From Trichosphaerium sp. ATCC 40318 (lineage: Eukaryota; Protista; Tubulinea): a DNA stretch of 64,000 bases. The stretch covers positions 1 through 64,000 of the forward strand of contig JALMLS010000481.1 of assembly GCA_038496445.1 (NCBI GenBank). Reading direction: 5' to 3'. A program made the position numbers and the translations under genes. Under the pieces are notes generated by a model. It made no database searches. It saw nothing but the letters and a program-made list of their open reading frames with translations, and was not told the origin of the DNA. Below, piece after piece: positions 11,477 to 25,453 of the stretch (positions are counted from its first letter, which is position 1; every line of letters starts with the position of its first letter).

Positions 11477-12107
11477 ACAGCTGTTTTAGACTGTTCTATG
11501 AGCGAAATATCATCTGTGATAATCACGTGCACAAACACCTTGTGTCGTTCATTGTCAACCGCAGTCGCTTGTAGTTTTCTTTCGAAATAAGCACATGACC
11601 TTTCTTCAGTCGTCTGTTATTGCTCTGTTGGTAATCTCATGTGCATACTTTTTGTTGACATGTATCAAATATTAAAAACGCACGTGCGTAGACCTGAAAT
11701 ATTTGTTAAACGATTCAGAGGAGAGAAAAACCAAAAATGGCGTCTGTATCCATTATTTCTAAGCACAATTATTTTGGCTGGTTTGAAGACCTTCATTGCT
11801 GTTAACATGAATACAGACAAACAAAATATCAATTTGCTACTTGGGCAATATCTTAACTTTCTCCATTTTTGAGACCTACAGGTTTAGATTGTATGTTCCT
11901 CTTCGTAAACTAGATTGCCTATTAAATACAATATCAAATTGTATGCTGACCTCTTGATGTATTGAAGTCAACATGTTCATCACCTACATATTCCATAGAT
12001 GTGTTCTACAAGAAAGACAAGTAAGCATTGTAGTGTAATTTTTTCCTACTGTACTTGTGAGAGTGCTATGGTTAAATCAACAACGTGGGTTCTACTACCT
12101 ATTCAAG

Positions 12108-13785
12108 TGGATCCCAAAAATATCAGTAGGCATTCTAAATGCTGTTACCAAAGTCGGGATAAGTTGAGAAGCTATTTATGCTGTTGCTCTCAACAATCCA
12201 AAAGTTAGAAAATTGTACAATAGACAAAACAATGTTACAATGGCTTGTAAATATTGCCTATTTATTTAACTAATTAATACAAATAAATTGAACTAGTTAC
12301 AATGTAGCTAGTGTCCACAATATTGAATACCCATTGACTCAACAGCTTCTATTGTAAGTTTGGTATTTTTCAATCCTCCAACCTGTTTTAAAGATGGTAA
12401 GTGCTTCAAGCAACCATTTGTAATCTGTGGACAGTAACCCATGGTGAGGTGCTCAAGGTTGATCAATGTCTTAAAACCCAAGTCTGTTATCTTGGGGCAA
12501 TCGTAAAGTGCAAGGTATTTTACATTGGTCAATGATTTAATTCCATCATCTGTTAAATCAGTCCCTGGAGCAATCGTGACAGTGTGTACATTGCAAAGAT
12601 GTTTAAGCCAGGAGTCTTCTGGGTAAGAAAAATCAATCTCATGAACGTCTTTGAGTGCTTTGATTCCTTCAACTGTAATTTTTTGACAACCTTGTATGTT
12701 AATTGTGTGTACACCAACAAGACTTTGGAGTGTTTTATCTGACACAAATGTGTGACAAAGGTTACTAGTATGAACACCTTTGAGTACTTTGGCTCCTTCA
12801 TCTGTCACTAATGTGTGAGAAAGGTTAATAGTATGAACACCTTTGAGTGCTTTGACTCCTTCATCTGTCACTGATGTGCAAGAAAGATCAATAGTATGAA
12901 CACCTTTGAGCGCTTTGGCTCCTTCATCTGTCACTAATGTGTGAGAAAGGTTAATAGTGTGAACACCTTTGAGTGCTTTGACTCCTTCATCTTTCACTGA
13001 CGTATAAGAAAGATCAATTGTATGAACTCCTGCAAATTGTTCCACAATCTTGTCAGAAGGAAACCCGAAACCCCAATTATTTACTAAATCGATTCTTGTG
13101 TGCTTCATGATTCCACAATGCTTTACAACTTGTTTCGCTTGATTTTCTGTTGTTATATGTATACTATGGTATCCAATAATGTCGTGAATGATAGAAGAAA
13201 GGATACGACATGTTTGACAAGCTGCAAATCGCGATTTGGTTGTATGACTTAAAATAATTACTAGAATCTCAGTGGGCATGTCCAGTAATGTTTTTTGAGT
13301 GCTACAAATTATTTTAGAACAATACAATCAACATAAACGTTTACCTTTGATTTAATGTATCAGACGCCAAATCACACGGGTTTTTATTACCTTCTATGCG
13401 ATCCATGGTGCCACGTGTACTTATTACGGAATAGCTGTTGACCAAACTCTAAACGAAAAAAATCGACCACACTTTTTTTGCTGACACGAAACTGGGCGAC
13501 AATGTTATTTTTGGAAAAAAAAATCACGTGTTTGGAGTTGGAGCTTTGTACTTTTTTTTCATAAGACAGCACTGTAACAAGACGAAAGCAGTATTTTACA
13601 TAAGTGCGCTTGTAAATACTACACTCACCAAGGAAGCACCCAAAGGAGGCCAGCTAACCAAAAGGTACATTCGTTGGTTAACATACTATGCTGCCACATG
13701 CTAGTGCTGACAATCATAGCGTCAATAGGCGTATCAAATAAAGATTAATTCCAAAATTGCTCAAAGTATCTCAGGAGGCGATACC
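12108..13785. repeat. Left arm of inverted segmental duplication (partner ~27374-29217)
   Basis: The reverse complement matches 27374-29217 through promoter, intron, CDS and 3' flank with few differences outside the LRRs. End points are approximate. Confidence 0.9.
12308..13406 (-). CDS. F-box + LRR protein
   Basis: ATG 13406, phase-2 intron 13344-13302, LLDMPTEI F-box motif, 21-aa LRRs. Near-identical paralog at 27758. Confidence 0.9.
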
Positions 13786-14740
13786 ACGAGAATTGCACCA
13801 GTAAGAGGCGTATCAAAGCGAAATAACCGTATTGAAAATTCCAACATAAGGTCCACTCAAGTGGATTATTTGTATTCCCAGTTTTGGTTTAACACTATTC
13901 AGGTATGGGACAGTGAATGCAAGCTTATACAGAGCACTGTTCGCTTTCGGTTGGGACAAGAACCCGACCTTCGCTCACAAAATATCATCCATTGGTGGGA
14001 TGCCAGCACAGGTTAACACGTGCTAGGTACCAAAATCCACTCGAGTGGATTTTGCTTCAGATTCAGTAGAAAATCTCTTCCCTGCCACCTTGGTTATTGT
14101 CAAGTTTTCACGATTAGTACTTACAATGTAGCTTTGCGTTGAAATATAGTTTAAACTCATGGAGAAAAACCAGTGTAGCAGACTGAATACACTTGCTACA
14201 CATATTTTGCAATTCATATCTATAAAAATTGATTTTTACACATGTTTCCACTTTTCGCGATTGATTAGAGCCACGATTGACTAAAAAATGTGCTTAGACC
14301 TCATGTGCAGTATGGTTTTGCGCTGCTTTTCGCCAATCTTGAATTGAAGTTGAATAGAGCTACGATTGACTAAACAATGCTGTTTTCTGCAAAAATGTCG
14401 TACAAAAGCCAGCTAGAAAAAATGAAGTTCGAAGAAATAGGACATGGCACGTTGTACAAATTGTTTATATCTAACAACATCACGAAATTACAAAAACAAG
14501 GGAAATATATCGTGTAAATACATCAACATCTACAAATTAACATTGATTCTACATTGACATGTATGAAACTTAATAGTAAATATCAGATGTCTCCTACATT
14601 TCAACACGTTCTGAGTCTCAACTAAAGACATCACAACTCTACAACATTTCAACTCTAACCAATTCAACCCAAACTCCCAACAGAATCACTGTAGACAGGG
14701 CTGTTATACGTCTGTACAAATAGCAAATATCAGTTTATTT

Positions 14741-16034
14741 CTAGTACAAATCAATACTATCTAAATCAGCAAGCATGTCATCTATCATCAAACTATTAGT
14801 ATCAGATGAGAATAATATTGTCTTTTTTTCTTTTCTCAGAGCTTCAATGCATTCACTTGTCACATAAGTGTTTCGAAGATCAGCATACACAATACCCCCA
14901 AGCGCTTTGATGCCTTGATCTGTAACTGCTGTACCTTTAAGGTAAATGAACTGGACACCTTTGAGTGAACTTATTCCTTCATCTGTTACTGATGTATGAT
15001 CAAGGACAATCTCATGAACCCCTTTGAGTGCTTTGACTCCTTCATCTGTAACTTTGGTATGTGAAATATCAATAGTATGAACACCTGCAAGTGCTTGGAT
15101 ACCTTCATCTGTTACTCGTGTGTCACTGAGGTCAATAGCATGGACTCCTTTTAGTTCTTTAATACCTTCATCTGTAACATAACGGCACTTATTGAGATTA
15201 ATAAAACGGACACCTTGGAGTGATTTGATGCAAAAATCAATAGCATACTTTTTTACTCCAATGTCAATATTACTATAACAATGGAATCTAAACAAAGTAT
15301 TCTCTAGCTTGAATATCACAATACTGTTATTCATAACACCCGAATACTTTTGAACCTGTAGGATGTCCTTGAGGGTTCTAATGTATACTTGTCTGTAACC
15401 AACAATATCGTGAATAATATCAGACATAAAGCGACATGATTGAGCAACAGAGTACCTGTCAGTGTCATACGTACACTCAGGTGTATCTGTGTACTGTAAA
15501 ATACATGAAATAACCTCTGTTGGCAACATCAAAATGTTTGATTCTTGTTTTGCCACTTGTACGCTATTTTACAAAGAGTTAGATGCTTTCATCAACAATT
15601 GGGAGTAAATACTCCGTGTGAACGTACTATTGTTCTGTCGCGTGTTTTGATTCTTCCATAGGTTCCTCGACGCGTGTGGTATGCTTGGTAATTGTTTTTG
15701 AAGCGGTTTCCGCAAGTTCATGGAACGTTGCATCTATTTGCTGCGCAAGACTTTTATTTGAGGCATCTAGAACGCTTTGAAGCCGTTCCACGAGTGTACG
15801 GCTTTTTTCAGCTGTCATATTGCTTAACGCTTCTGTGTGCGTTGTGCACAAGTACATAACAGCCTGATCTACAGAAACACCTGAGAAATTCATGATTAGA
15901 TGTGCCGCTGAGTGAGCTAACGTAGAATTTTCTAGACAACTAAGAGAATCTCGGTCGCTTGAAAAAGCGTTGCTGTGCAACACCAACTCTAGGCACAGTT
16001 TACTTGCTAACGGGCTGAATATCGAATTGGTAAC
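14741..16034 (-). CDS. F-box + LRR protein with N-terminal extension (5' end unresolved)
   Basis: ORF 15627-15986 splices (TA|GTACGT...AAATAG|C, phase 2) into ORF 14741-15556, which carries ILMLPTEVI (F-box) and VHTIDIS.T.VTDEG repeats. Further upstream exons are likely. Confidence 0.75.
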
Positions 16035-16503
16035 CTAGAAGGCCAGTTCCAACAGTACCAATTTTCATGAAAGTTAATCAGTTTTATAACACAAAGTCAG
16101 AAGGGTGTAAGGTGTTGACAATACTGTTGATGTATATTACACCAATGACGAAGTATAAAGTGTAACCTGATAGCAAGAACTTGAACGCAAGTGTTCACCT
16201 TTTAAACCCATCGTAGACGGCAACCAAACGTGCCATAACAGTTATTGATAAACTGGTTGTTTAACCATTGATAGTATACAGAGTAACCGAAGGCAGAACA
16301 GAAGATGTAATACGATGACTCCATTTTTTAACACAAAATCTGAGAAATCCTAAAACCGTGAAAACACTCGATGTGAACGAACGCGAATGAGCTGGAAACA
16401 GGTGCATTCGCACGTACTATTTATTTACCACTGTTTTGTAACGTATACACTTGGATGTGACGTCACACGGCTGATAAAATAGGAAAAGACTGAAAAAGTC
16501 GTC

Positions 16504-19500
16504 TCAGTACGCAATAGCCATACCATCAGCTCTTGGATCAGAACCTGCTTGAAGAGCACCAGTGACAGGGTCACGGATGATAACTTGCCTGAAAATCGTT
16601 TTAGTTTTTATTAAAACGTCTGAAAAGTGGTAACGAACTTCAACGCGTAAAACGAAATAAAATTTAGATAATTTGACACAGAAATACGTACCCGTTTCCA
16701 AAACGTGATCGTTCGCCGTCTAGCGTACCAGTTAGCATAAATACGGATTTATAAGGGTATTAAAACGTAAAACTACCAAATTAACTCCGGATTGAACTAA
16801 AATTGCTCCGTACGTATTAACACTTTCGCATTAACCTTATGGCCCATAGCCGCGAGAGTTTTTAGCACCTTTTCGCTAGTACCTTCTTCAAAGTCTATTA
16901 AACCTTCGCCTTCTACGCCAATACAGAATCTAGGTTCGTCTAAAGCGGCTTGCGGGTTCATATTCCAATCTATTAGGTTCGACAGTACTTGAACATGACC
17001 TTGAGGCTATAAATTGCATTCCAGTTAGGCTAATCGAATAAAACTACAAAGACTACGACTTTTTTAACGGCGATGTAGAATTTGACGTCGAAAATAACTT
17101 GTTCAGCCAAAAACGCTTTCTTCGAAAAAAACTGTTCGAAAACTCAGGATTCCGTTTTATAGCTTGAAAACATACCTGCATGAACCCTAATAACATCAGT
17201 ACGGGAATTGGCGAAAAACTACAACCTTGTGTCTAAGAAAATTGATCGAAAAAAAAAAAGGAAATCATAGACGTATTTTTCGCTTCTAATGACTTTGCTT
17301 GGACGGTGATTACGTACCTCCCATTACCCCAAACGGGCAATATAGTTCACCATCTTTTAGTGCCATGCCCGGAATGATAGTATGGTACGGTCTCTTCGAA
17401 GGTGCAAGTACATTTGGATGACCTAGAATTCACCTGTAAAGATCTTGATGTCGTGGCATTTTTGTATCAGGAATGGAAAACACGCAATTTTCGGACTACA
17501 ACGAGATTGGACAGAACCGAAATTTCGACGTTGTTCGGGTTAAGTCATGGTTGAAAAGTGTTCAGTGAAAAAATAAACAGTCGTGACACGACTTTCAAAG
17601 AACCAATTTAATTACCTTCGGTGAGGTTAAAGTTGTACCCTCTGTTTTGTAATGTAAAACCGCAACCCTAGTGACGTTATAGAGCACAATACGAGTGTAT
17701 TAGAGGTGTAAAGTGTACTGTAAATTCAAAACATTGCGCGCGAAAAAATGTCGCACCTTTGGAATAATGCCTGTACCGAAGCCCATGTAGTTCGAATTGA
17801 TGAAAGAACAAGCGTTACCTTGTCCGTCTACCACACAGAACTGTACTGTGTCACAGGAAGTCGCTGGAAAGCCGTGTTTCTGTATAAATTGTAAATCTTT
17901 TCGGAGATTTATTACCGACATCAATTATTTTGCGATTTTCAAATATTACGTTGTACACAAGCAGAAAAAAAAACGAATTGTTCGGAAAACGCGTACCAGC
18001 TCTTTAGAAGCCTTTTTGGCATCAAATAGACTTCTTCTCTTTTTGGCGTACTCTTTCGAGAGTAATTCGCTAATAGGCACATCCACTACGTCAGGGTCGG
18101 CCACATACCTATTTTTCGTCAAAAAAACGCTACAGCGAAGGACAAAGATTTTAGCTAAAATTAGCGATTTATCAACTTTATTCTAAAAAGTGACTTAAAA
18201 TGGTGAGTTTCTGTTCAGATAATGCAACCCGAAGTTTTTGGTACTTATTTTTAAAAACAGACACAACACGCAACGCGTAAAGAGTAATTAATAAAATACT
18301 CTTTTGTAGACAATATACAGTGATTTATATAAACAATAAAACATTTCGACGCGGTTTTTCAACTTTTGTATGCAAAAACCAGAAAATATGATGGAAATCG
18401 AACAACAACAGCAAGGCTTCTTCAGCCTCGAGGCAGAGCAGATGGGTTTCAATTTTAGTCCAAACCGATACATACATCCACAGGAATACCTCCGCACTTC
18501 GAATATAGAGCCTATGGACACCACAAACATATTTTTTAACGATGATGACGACTATGATGAGCTTCTAGAACAAAATCTGTTCAACTCTATAAATAACGAC
18601 TTGGATACAAGTTTTTACTTAGCAACAAACGAACAAGACCATTGGGATCAACTACAAGAACGCCCTCACTTCGACAACCGCGAAATACAAGACTTTATTT
18701 CTTACGTACCACCAACAGCTGTCGGTCCTTCTTTTGCCCAAGTTCAGCATGAAGAGAAGCAACAGCAACACTCACAACAACAATCGCAACAACAAGCGCA
18801 ACCTCAACCGCAATCAATGGTATTTCAACCACCAAACGTCATAAACTCCGCTGAAGACAGTATTGAAAGCGATGATAGCATGGATGAAATGATGGAGTTT
18901 CAACACTTTGAAGATCAATTATCTTATTACGAGGTACGCACGGAAAAAAAAAAAAACCCACAAAACCTCCAAAATTAAGCAGAATTGACAAAAAATCAAT
19001 GGCCTTTTATGGGTTTTTCTATTTTCTCGGGCCGAAAAACGAAAAAAAAATTTGAGCCGCTTTTTTGTTTAAACCGTTTCTTATACTCACCTCATCGCTT
19101 TAGAATAAAGAAAAAGAGAAGCTAGAACAACTAGAAATGCTTAGACAAAGAATGTATAGTATATCTCAACAACATACACCAATTCACTCTTCTCACGGTA
19201 ACAATCAACATACACAACGTAGAAGACATAATAGAATCAATGCTCAACATCAAAAACTCGGCTATGCGTAGGAAATACAAAACAAAGAATACAACACAAT
19301 CTCTTATGGTACGCATTATCCTCAACAGTCAAAACAAAAAAAAAAAAAAAAAAAAAAAAAAACCCTCGCTCCGAAAAAGCAGATGAAAATCTTCTCTTTT
19401 TCTCTCTTACTACCGCCTTCACATCTGCTTTTTCTCGCTTTATATTAAAACGTACCATTTTGTGTCTGCAAAAGCGATTCTTAGACTCTCAATTAATAAG

Positions 19501-21330
19501 TGTAGATGCTCTGGTGAATTCTTCTCAACCTTTGACAAATCAAAACCCTCGAGGACATTCAAAGCCATCAGAGCCGTTATGCCTTGGCCATTGGGCGGCA
19601 TCTCGTACACATCAACGCCCCTACGCATTAGTTAGTGTCGAACGTACAAACGAGGCCCTCGAATCGCTCTCCTATTGGGTATTCGATCGAGGCAAACAAG
19701 ATAAACCTGAAGTTGGAAAAAAAAAACATAAAACTGTTTGGTTTTTTTCTCAACGTACCTATAATTCACGTGAATTGGTTCTGGAAACGTCGACACGTGG
19801 TTGCCTAAGTCCTGGGTGTCCAGAACACCGCCCAGATCAGCTATTACTTTCGCAACAGCCTCAGCAATGCGCCCCTATTTAAAATAAAGTCATTTCTTTC
19901 GGTGTTACTATGTAAAAGAAATGACATTGTATTATACAAAATAAAACAAACTATCTCGACTACACTATACGAAAACACAATTTCAAGGATTATATTAATC
20001 CAGTTCTGAGTAAAAACGCATATTTGAAGTCACTGAGCGAACTCTTCAATGAATAAAACAACATTGTGTATTTGCAAAAACACAAAAAAAAAAGCCGCAG
20101 TACTGGTAGCAACTCACCTTATAGAAGCCGTCTTTGCCGTCCTTTGCTAGAGCGCGAAATGTCGCGCCAAGTGTAGGGTTCTTCATGACCTCACCGGCCT
20201 TTGGTGGTTTGCCATTGAGAAGCATTTCGTCACCATTTGGGCTTGTTTTTAATTGCTCCCAACCTACAAACCGAGTATTAAATCAACGATAGTACCTATG
20301 GCAACAAACTTACCGCGTTCCCAATGTTCAGCTGTAACGTCGGAAACTGGAAACCCCTACAACAATTGTATTAGTCCAAGCATTGAAGGTTACACTACAA
20401 GGCATCACACTTGGCGGGAGTTGAAACATTGAAAACCGTTTTCTAAATCAACCACAATAAGAGACTGATTTTATATCAAATTTCTTTGTGGTACGTGTAA
20501 ATAAGATGCGAAAGGATGGAGAAGCCATGTAGCGAGTTTTTTTTTGTCGGTCACGTGCCTTTTCTGCCAAGTCAATAGCAGGCTGTAGAATATCCAAAAG
20601 TGAAAGTTTTCCACTTCCGAACTTCTCTACGGTATCTACCCATGCTGCTGCAGCCCTTGTGTAACAAGTTAAATCAAGTCAAAAAATTCTGGCACGAAAT
20701 AACTTAACGGAGTGAATTGTTAAGGCATAGTAAAACTTTTGTGTCAAGTTTTCTGTGATTACTCAGTTATATTACCCTGGAGTTGTAACAGTAAGTGCGT
20801 GAAACATTGGCCAAGGAGTCTTTTCATCGTATCCCATGCTCTTCAACTTATCCATTGACAGGTGACGTGAAGATTTACCGCTACGCGCGTAGTTAGTTTT
20901 TTTCTTGTTCTTGGCCAGTAACCAGTTTTCATGAACGGACCTGCCGTTTAAACCGGATACTTTTTTAGTCTTAGCGTCAAAGTACAAACAAAAAGCATCA
21001 CCACCAATGCCTAAATGAACAAGTTAAGAAATTGCGTATCTGGGCTACTAAAACCTGTGGAGGTTGGTTGAGTTACATTCAAGGCTGCTGCGACTGCTAT
21101 TGCGGCTAAATGGATTGAGAAAAAAATCAAACAAATAAAAAGCGTTACTACGCTGAATACCATCTGCAGCGTTACCACCTTTCTGTAGTATGCTCAATCC
21201 AATTTGTGAAGCCAATGGCTAATGTTGAGTGAGCAATACTAGTGAGAAAATGTAACCGCGCCTGCGATGAAGCTACTACGCCGTTGAGGCCATAAACTGG
21301 CGATCTACGCGAAATGTACGGAAAAGACAT
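16504..21330 (-). CDS. ggt: Gamma-glutamyl transpeptidase / glutathione hydrolase family protein
   Basis: Multi-exon model [26 protein letters not shown]...GGNAADAA...TGIGGDAF...EMPPNGQG...[11 protein letters not shown] (nucleophile Thr)...LQNRG...KRPYHTIIP...GVMGGFMQPQGH...[13 protein letters not shown]. Confidence 0.96.
18370..19271 (+). CDS. Nested antisense gene, Q/N/D-rich low-complexity protein (~243 aa, 2 exons)
   Basis: Exon 18370-18933, GT-AG intron 18934-19103, exon 19104-19271 in frame to TAG. TATA-like TTTATATAAA lies ~40 nt upstream. Entirely within GGT intron 18109-19455. Confidence 0.72.
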
Positions 21331-21686
21331 GCAATTTGTATTTTATGAAGCGATAATAACTATTATTGATCGTCACTAAGCGTTGGAATATTCACACGCT
21401 CCGTTTTAAGGCTGAGGTGAAAAAGTGGCAAGTTTAAGCCATAAATGTACAAACGAATTCGTTTTATTATTTAGTAATACAATACGACACGCAACTTGTG
21501 TATCTATCAGTAAAGTTGTATGTCTTATTCTCTTTTACTTCAAATTCAGCGATCTTGCAAGCGAGGCTTGTAAAGTACCAATTTTAACACTGCATGTTAT
21601 AGTGGTAACCAGAGATATCACATTGCTCTTTTGTGCGTAACGGTGTAAGAAATCAATTAATCTGCTATTCACGATTGGCACAACAA

Positions 21687-22612
21687 ATGAAGGGTGTGGC
21701 AGTTATCGTTGGCGTAGGTGTTGGTATTGGTGGTGAAGTAGCAAAAAAGTTTGCAAGAGAAGGATACAAGGTCGCTATTATCGCCAGGAACAAGACATAC
21801 AAAGGTGCTGACAAACTGAGCCCGTTAAAACGTGAAATAGAACTTACCGGTGGAACTGTGTTCGCTGTCCCATGCGACGCGACAAAGCCTGATCAAGTAT
21901 CGCGAGCCTTCGCTAGTATCAGAAATAACCTTGGACTAATATCAGTGCTCGTTTACAACGCGGGTGCGCGAAAACTTAGCGGCGAAACAGTCCTAGAGAC
22001 ATCTATAGATCAGTTTATCGAGTTTTGGAAAGTAAATTGCTTGGGCGCGTTTTTGACAGCAAGGTAACGTTGTAATACACTCTGAGTGCTTGTTTATAGC
22101 GTTGTAGAGAGGCACTACCTGATATGTTAACCGCTGGTAAAGGTATGCGTTACCAACGTTTCCAACTGCCACAGTTCTAATATTAACCGTTGTGGCGTTT
22201 ACCGTTGGCAAAAAAGCTGTGGCCGATTTGGTCATTTTCATCTACGTAAACAGCGTAGGTTGTACTAACGAACGCATTTGCAGGCACTATTATACTCACT
22301 GGAGCTACAGGATCCCTTCGCGGTTCTGCTGGCTTATCTTCCTTCTCAGTTGGTAAATTTGGCCTTCGTGCACTCGCACAGACGCTACAGCGTGAGTATA
22401 GCAAACTAGGGGTTCATGTGGCACATGTCATTGTTGACGCGGCTGTTGACATTCCAATCATAAGAAAAGCGGTAAAAGGCGATATTGAGCGTCTGGCAAG
22501 CCCTAAAGAGATTGCAAAGGAATATTGGCACTTACACCAACAACATAAGAGTGCCTGGGTTCACGAGCTCGACTTGAGACCTTACTCTGAGAAGATGTTT
22601 TCGAAACTCTAG
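21687..22612 (+). CDS. Short-chain dehydrogenase/reductase
   Basis: VIVGVGVGIG Rossmann motif, VYNAG, TIILTGATGSLRG, GKFGLRALAQ, WVHELDLRP. Two GT-AG introns. Confidence 0.93.
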
Positions 22613-23611
22613 AGAATTGTCGCTTGAGAAGTTCTTACGCCTATGTTTAGCCTATTTTTTGCGTGTGTAGTTGTAGAAGCACTTTGTTTGTTTGAAAATA
22701 AAATTTGTTTCGTTTTGGGAGCTAGCGCTATTCTTGTCTGTTACTTATGGTGATTGTGGCTACAGTTGAGGTAATTGAAGCGTTTGTGCCGTTTTCAAGG
22801 GTTAGTGCTGTTTGTTGACAATAAGCGTATCCCAAATGGTACAACACTCGCGATTTGCGTCTGTGAGGTAGTGTTTGCGTTGTACAATATCTAGCTTGTG
22901 ATCCAATTACTGATCGTATTGTAGTACATCTTTATTGTAGGTTGTTCAGCGCTATGGAGTACTTATTTCTGGGGTTCAAAGTTCACCTGACCTCCAATCA
23001 GTGAAATAGCGTAACTCTAACTACCAACACCCTAAAAACCATCAAGCTATACCCACGACGTCTTTTATATTCAAATTAACACAAAATAAAGTAAACTACA
23101 AAAAGTTATTGGAGATGTCAATGCTTCGCCTTACCCGACCTTTACAAACCCCATAAATTGCCCTAATACTAAATATAGACGTTGTACAGTCATTCTACAA
23201 GTGATCAAATATGGCGCTATGATCTGATTCCTATTTTGAGTTGTACAACTCTGCTTGGTGAAATGGGAACCAGAGAGTCGGGTATGTGTCACACATTAAC
23301 AAGATTTATTCTTTGCCTTTCTTGTTATGGTCGTGATTATTATAATTTTTATTTTATCGTTTCGCTGTTCTATTTTTTGTTGTTAACTTAACCAAGAAGT
23401 CATAATATTGCAAAAAAACTACCACTGTTTTTAACAACCCCAAAAAATGTTATAACGTGATCAAAATAAAATATAAGCTTCTTCTTTGTATTTATTACAT
23501 GGTAAGTCTATTATAGGCTTTGGTCTGGGGTTGCGTGACGCTTGGTACACAAGAAACTTGTGTAAAAAAAAAAAGTGTTCAGAAAAAAATCATAAAATAA
23601 TAAAAATCCGA

Positions 23612-24762
23612 ATGATGCAACGTACTCTATTACAACACTTTCTTAGTCTTTCTTTACCTAATATACGCTTATCTAAACCATGTACAGTACGTCAATACTA
23701 TTATCAAGGACAGAAAAGCTTATCTAATTGAAGAACAACTGTTTTTTCTCCTTTTCTTTCAAACGCTAAAGGTCAACTTAGGTTCATTTCTTAGACAATG
23801 ATCCAGTATTTGGTTGGCTCGTTTATTTGACAAAACAAGAAACAGATGATTTTTTATCATATGGAAAATCGTTTGAATCAACTATACGTAATGCATATGA
23901 CTTTGGTATACGATCTTCAATACCTGTACGTGCTACTAGTTCCGTTTGGAATTCTTTTTTTCTCGTTTTTTTACACCAAGATCTCAACAGCATACTCCGC
24001 TTCATGGTGAGTTTCAAACTCTCGCTACGAGTATATGGATTGTCTGTATTACTTTTATTGTATTTAGAATTGTATTTAAACCATGTATACTTATACCAGC
24101 GTACTATAGGGCGTTAGAAGACGGTATAAAGAAGTTGTCTTTGGAAATCAACTATTTTGCGAGTTTGTATTTTTTCACCCTCAGGCACCTGATATGTGTA
24201 ACTACTATGATCCTCTAGTTTGTGGTAATGTAAAACAGTACATAAGGAAAGGTACGTAGTATAAAAACTGTAACTTACGCAAGTCAGGTGCATTGAAAAA
24301 AGCGACCTTTTGTTTTCTCTATGAAACAAGATACTAAAACTTAACTCTTCAGGATTTTCACACGTGACTCTTGATCATGCTTATACAAATGAATCCCTTA
24401 GACATTTTAGTAATAATCTAAGTAGTACTAACAACAATAATGGTACTACAGTGTGGTTTGATCCAAAGTTAAATCAACCAACATTACCCGACTTGGATGT
24501 TATTTTCCCAGATTCAGGTAACTTACCTGATTTTCCAAAGCTTGAAACTGTCTCTGAGGACTTCTTTGGAGGTAAATAATCATACCCAAGAGTTTACTAA
24601 CATTAATTAGTAGCTAATAAAAATACTGCTTTTTCGCTGGATGATTATGAACGTCTGGAACAGCAAGAGGAGGCTCAAGAACCATGGATTACAGCAGATG
24701 GTGAACTCGACTTTTTTTTGAAAAGTCTTCCATGTTATCCTTTGTGTAACTTGAATGAGTGA
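23612..24762 (+). CDS. Five-exon protein with divergent winged-helix-like N-terminal domain (paralog C)
   Basis: MMQRTLLQHFL...KPCT|VHFLDN...GWLVYLTK...TIRNAYDFGIRSSIP|GVRRRYKE...FHPQAPDM...|GFSHV...VWFDPKLN...|acidic tail. Same intron positions as the 6264 gene. Confidence 0.75.
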
Positions 24763-25453
24763 TATTGCAGGTGAAAATGGGGTTTCAGTAATGGATTGAA
24801 CGGATCGAACAATATGCGACGGCTTCGCAAAGAATACAGTCAAGAAAATAGGCGGAAGAATAAGTTCCTAAAAAAATCACATGTTGCAACAATAACCACT
24901 GATTTTGGCCGATATAGTACCCCTACAAACGCCTTCTACATACATGTATTTTTGATAAATCAAAGGTAACTTGTCAGATTAAAAAATGGCATGTGGTGTT
25001 CATGCAAATAAACTAGTAATGAAATAAAACAGTAGTTGAAAAATCATAACGGTTTTTTTTTGTGGATAGCCTTGTTTAACCAGGTTGTGGGTAATAAAAG
25101 TAATACATTTATCTTTGAAAAGCTTCTTGAAGGTTTCAAGAACGATTGATATCACTCTTGTACCTTATACAGGTCTGATACGCGAATAAATAACTACACA
25201 CGTGTGCCAAACGTTTTTTTATCATCAGCTCAAATTATCAAACATAGCACCTTACTGTTACATAGCTACTACATCTCGCCTAAATATTTCAACGTCGTCA
25301 GTGGATTACATTCTCTTTGTGGCTTGAAACTCCGAAAAATCACGAACAGCGTTATCACATGGAGACCTTGACTCAGTTGGTTATTTGTGAGAACAGCTGA
25401 ACGGAAGTGTGATTTTTTGAACCACATCACTATCACATAGTATCACGAACCGC

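Noticed and set aside
19336-19362. A27 tract as evidence that the nested gene is a retrocopy
   Set aside because: The nested gene has an intron, no TSD is evident, and A/T runs are common in introns here.
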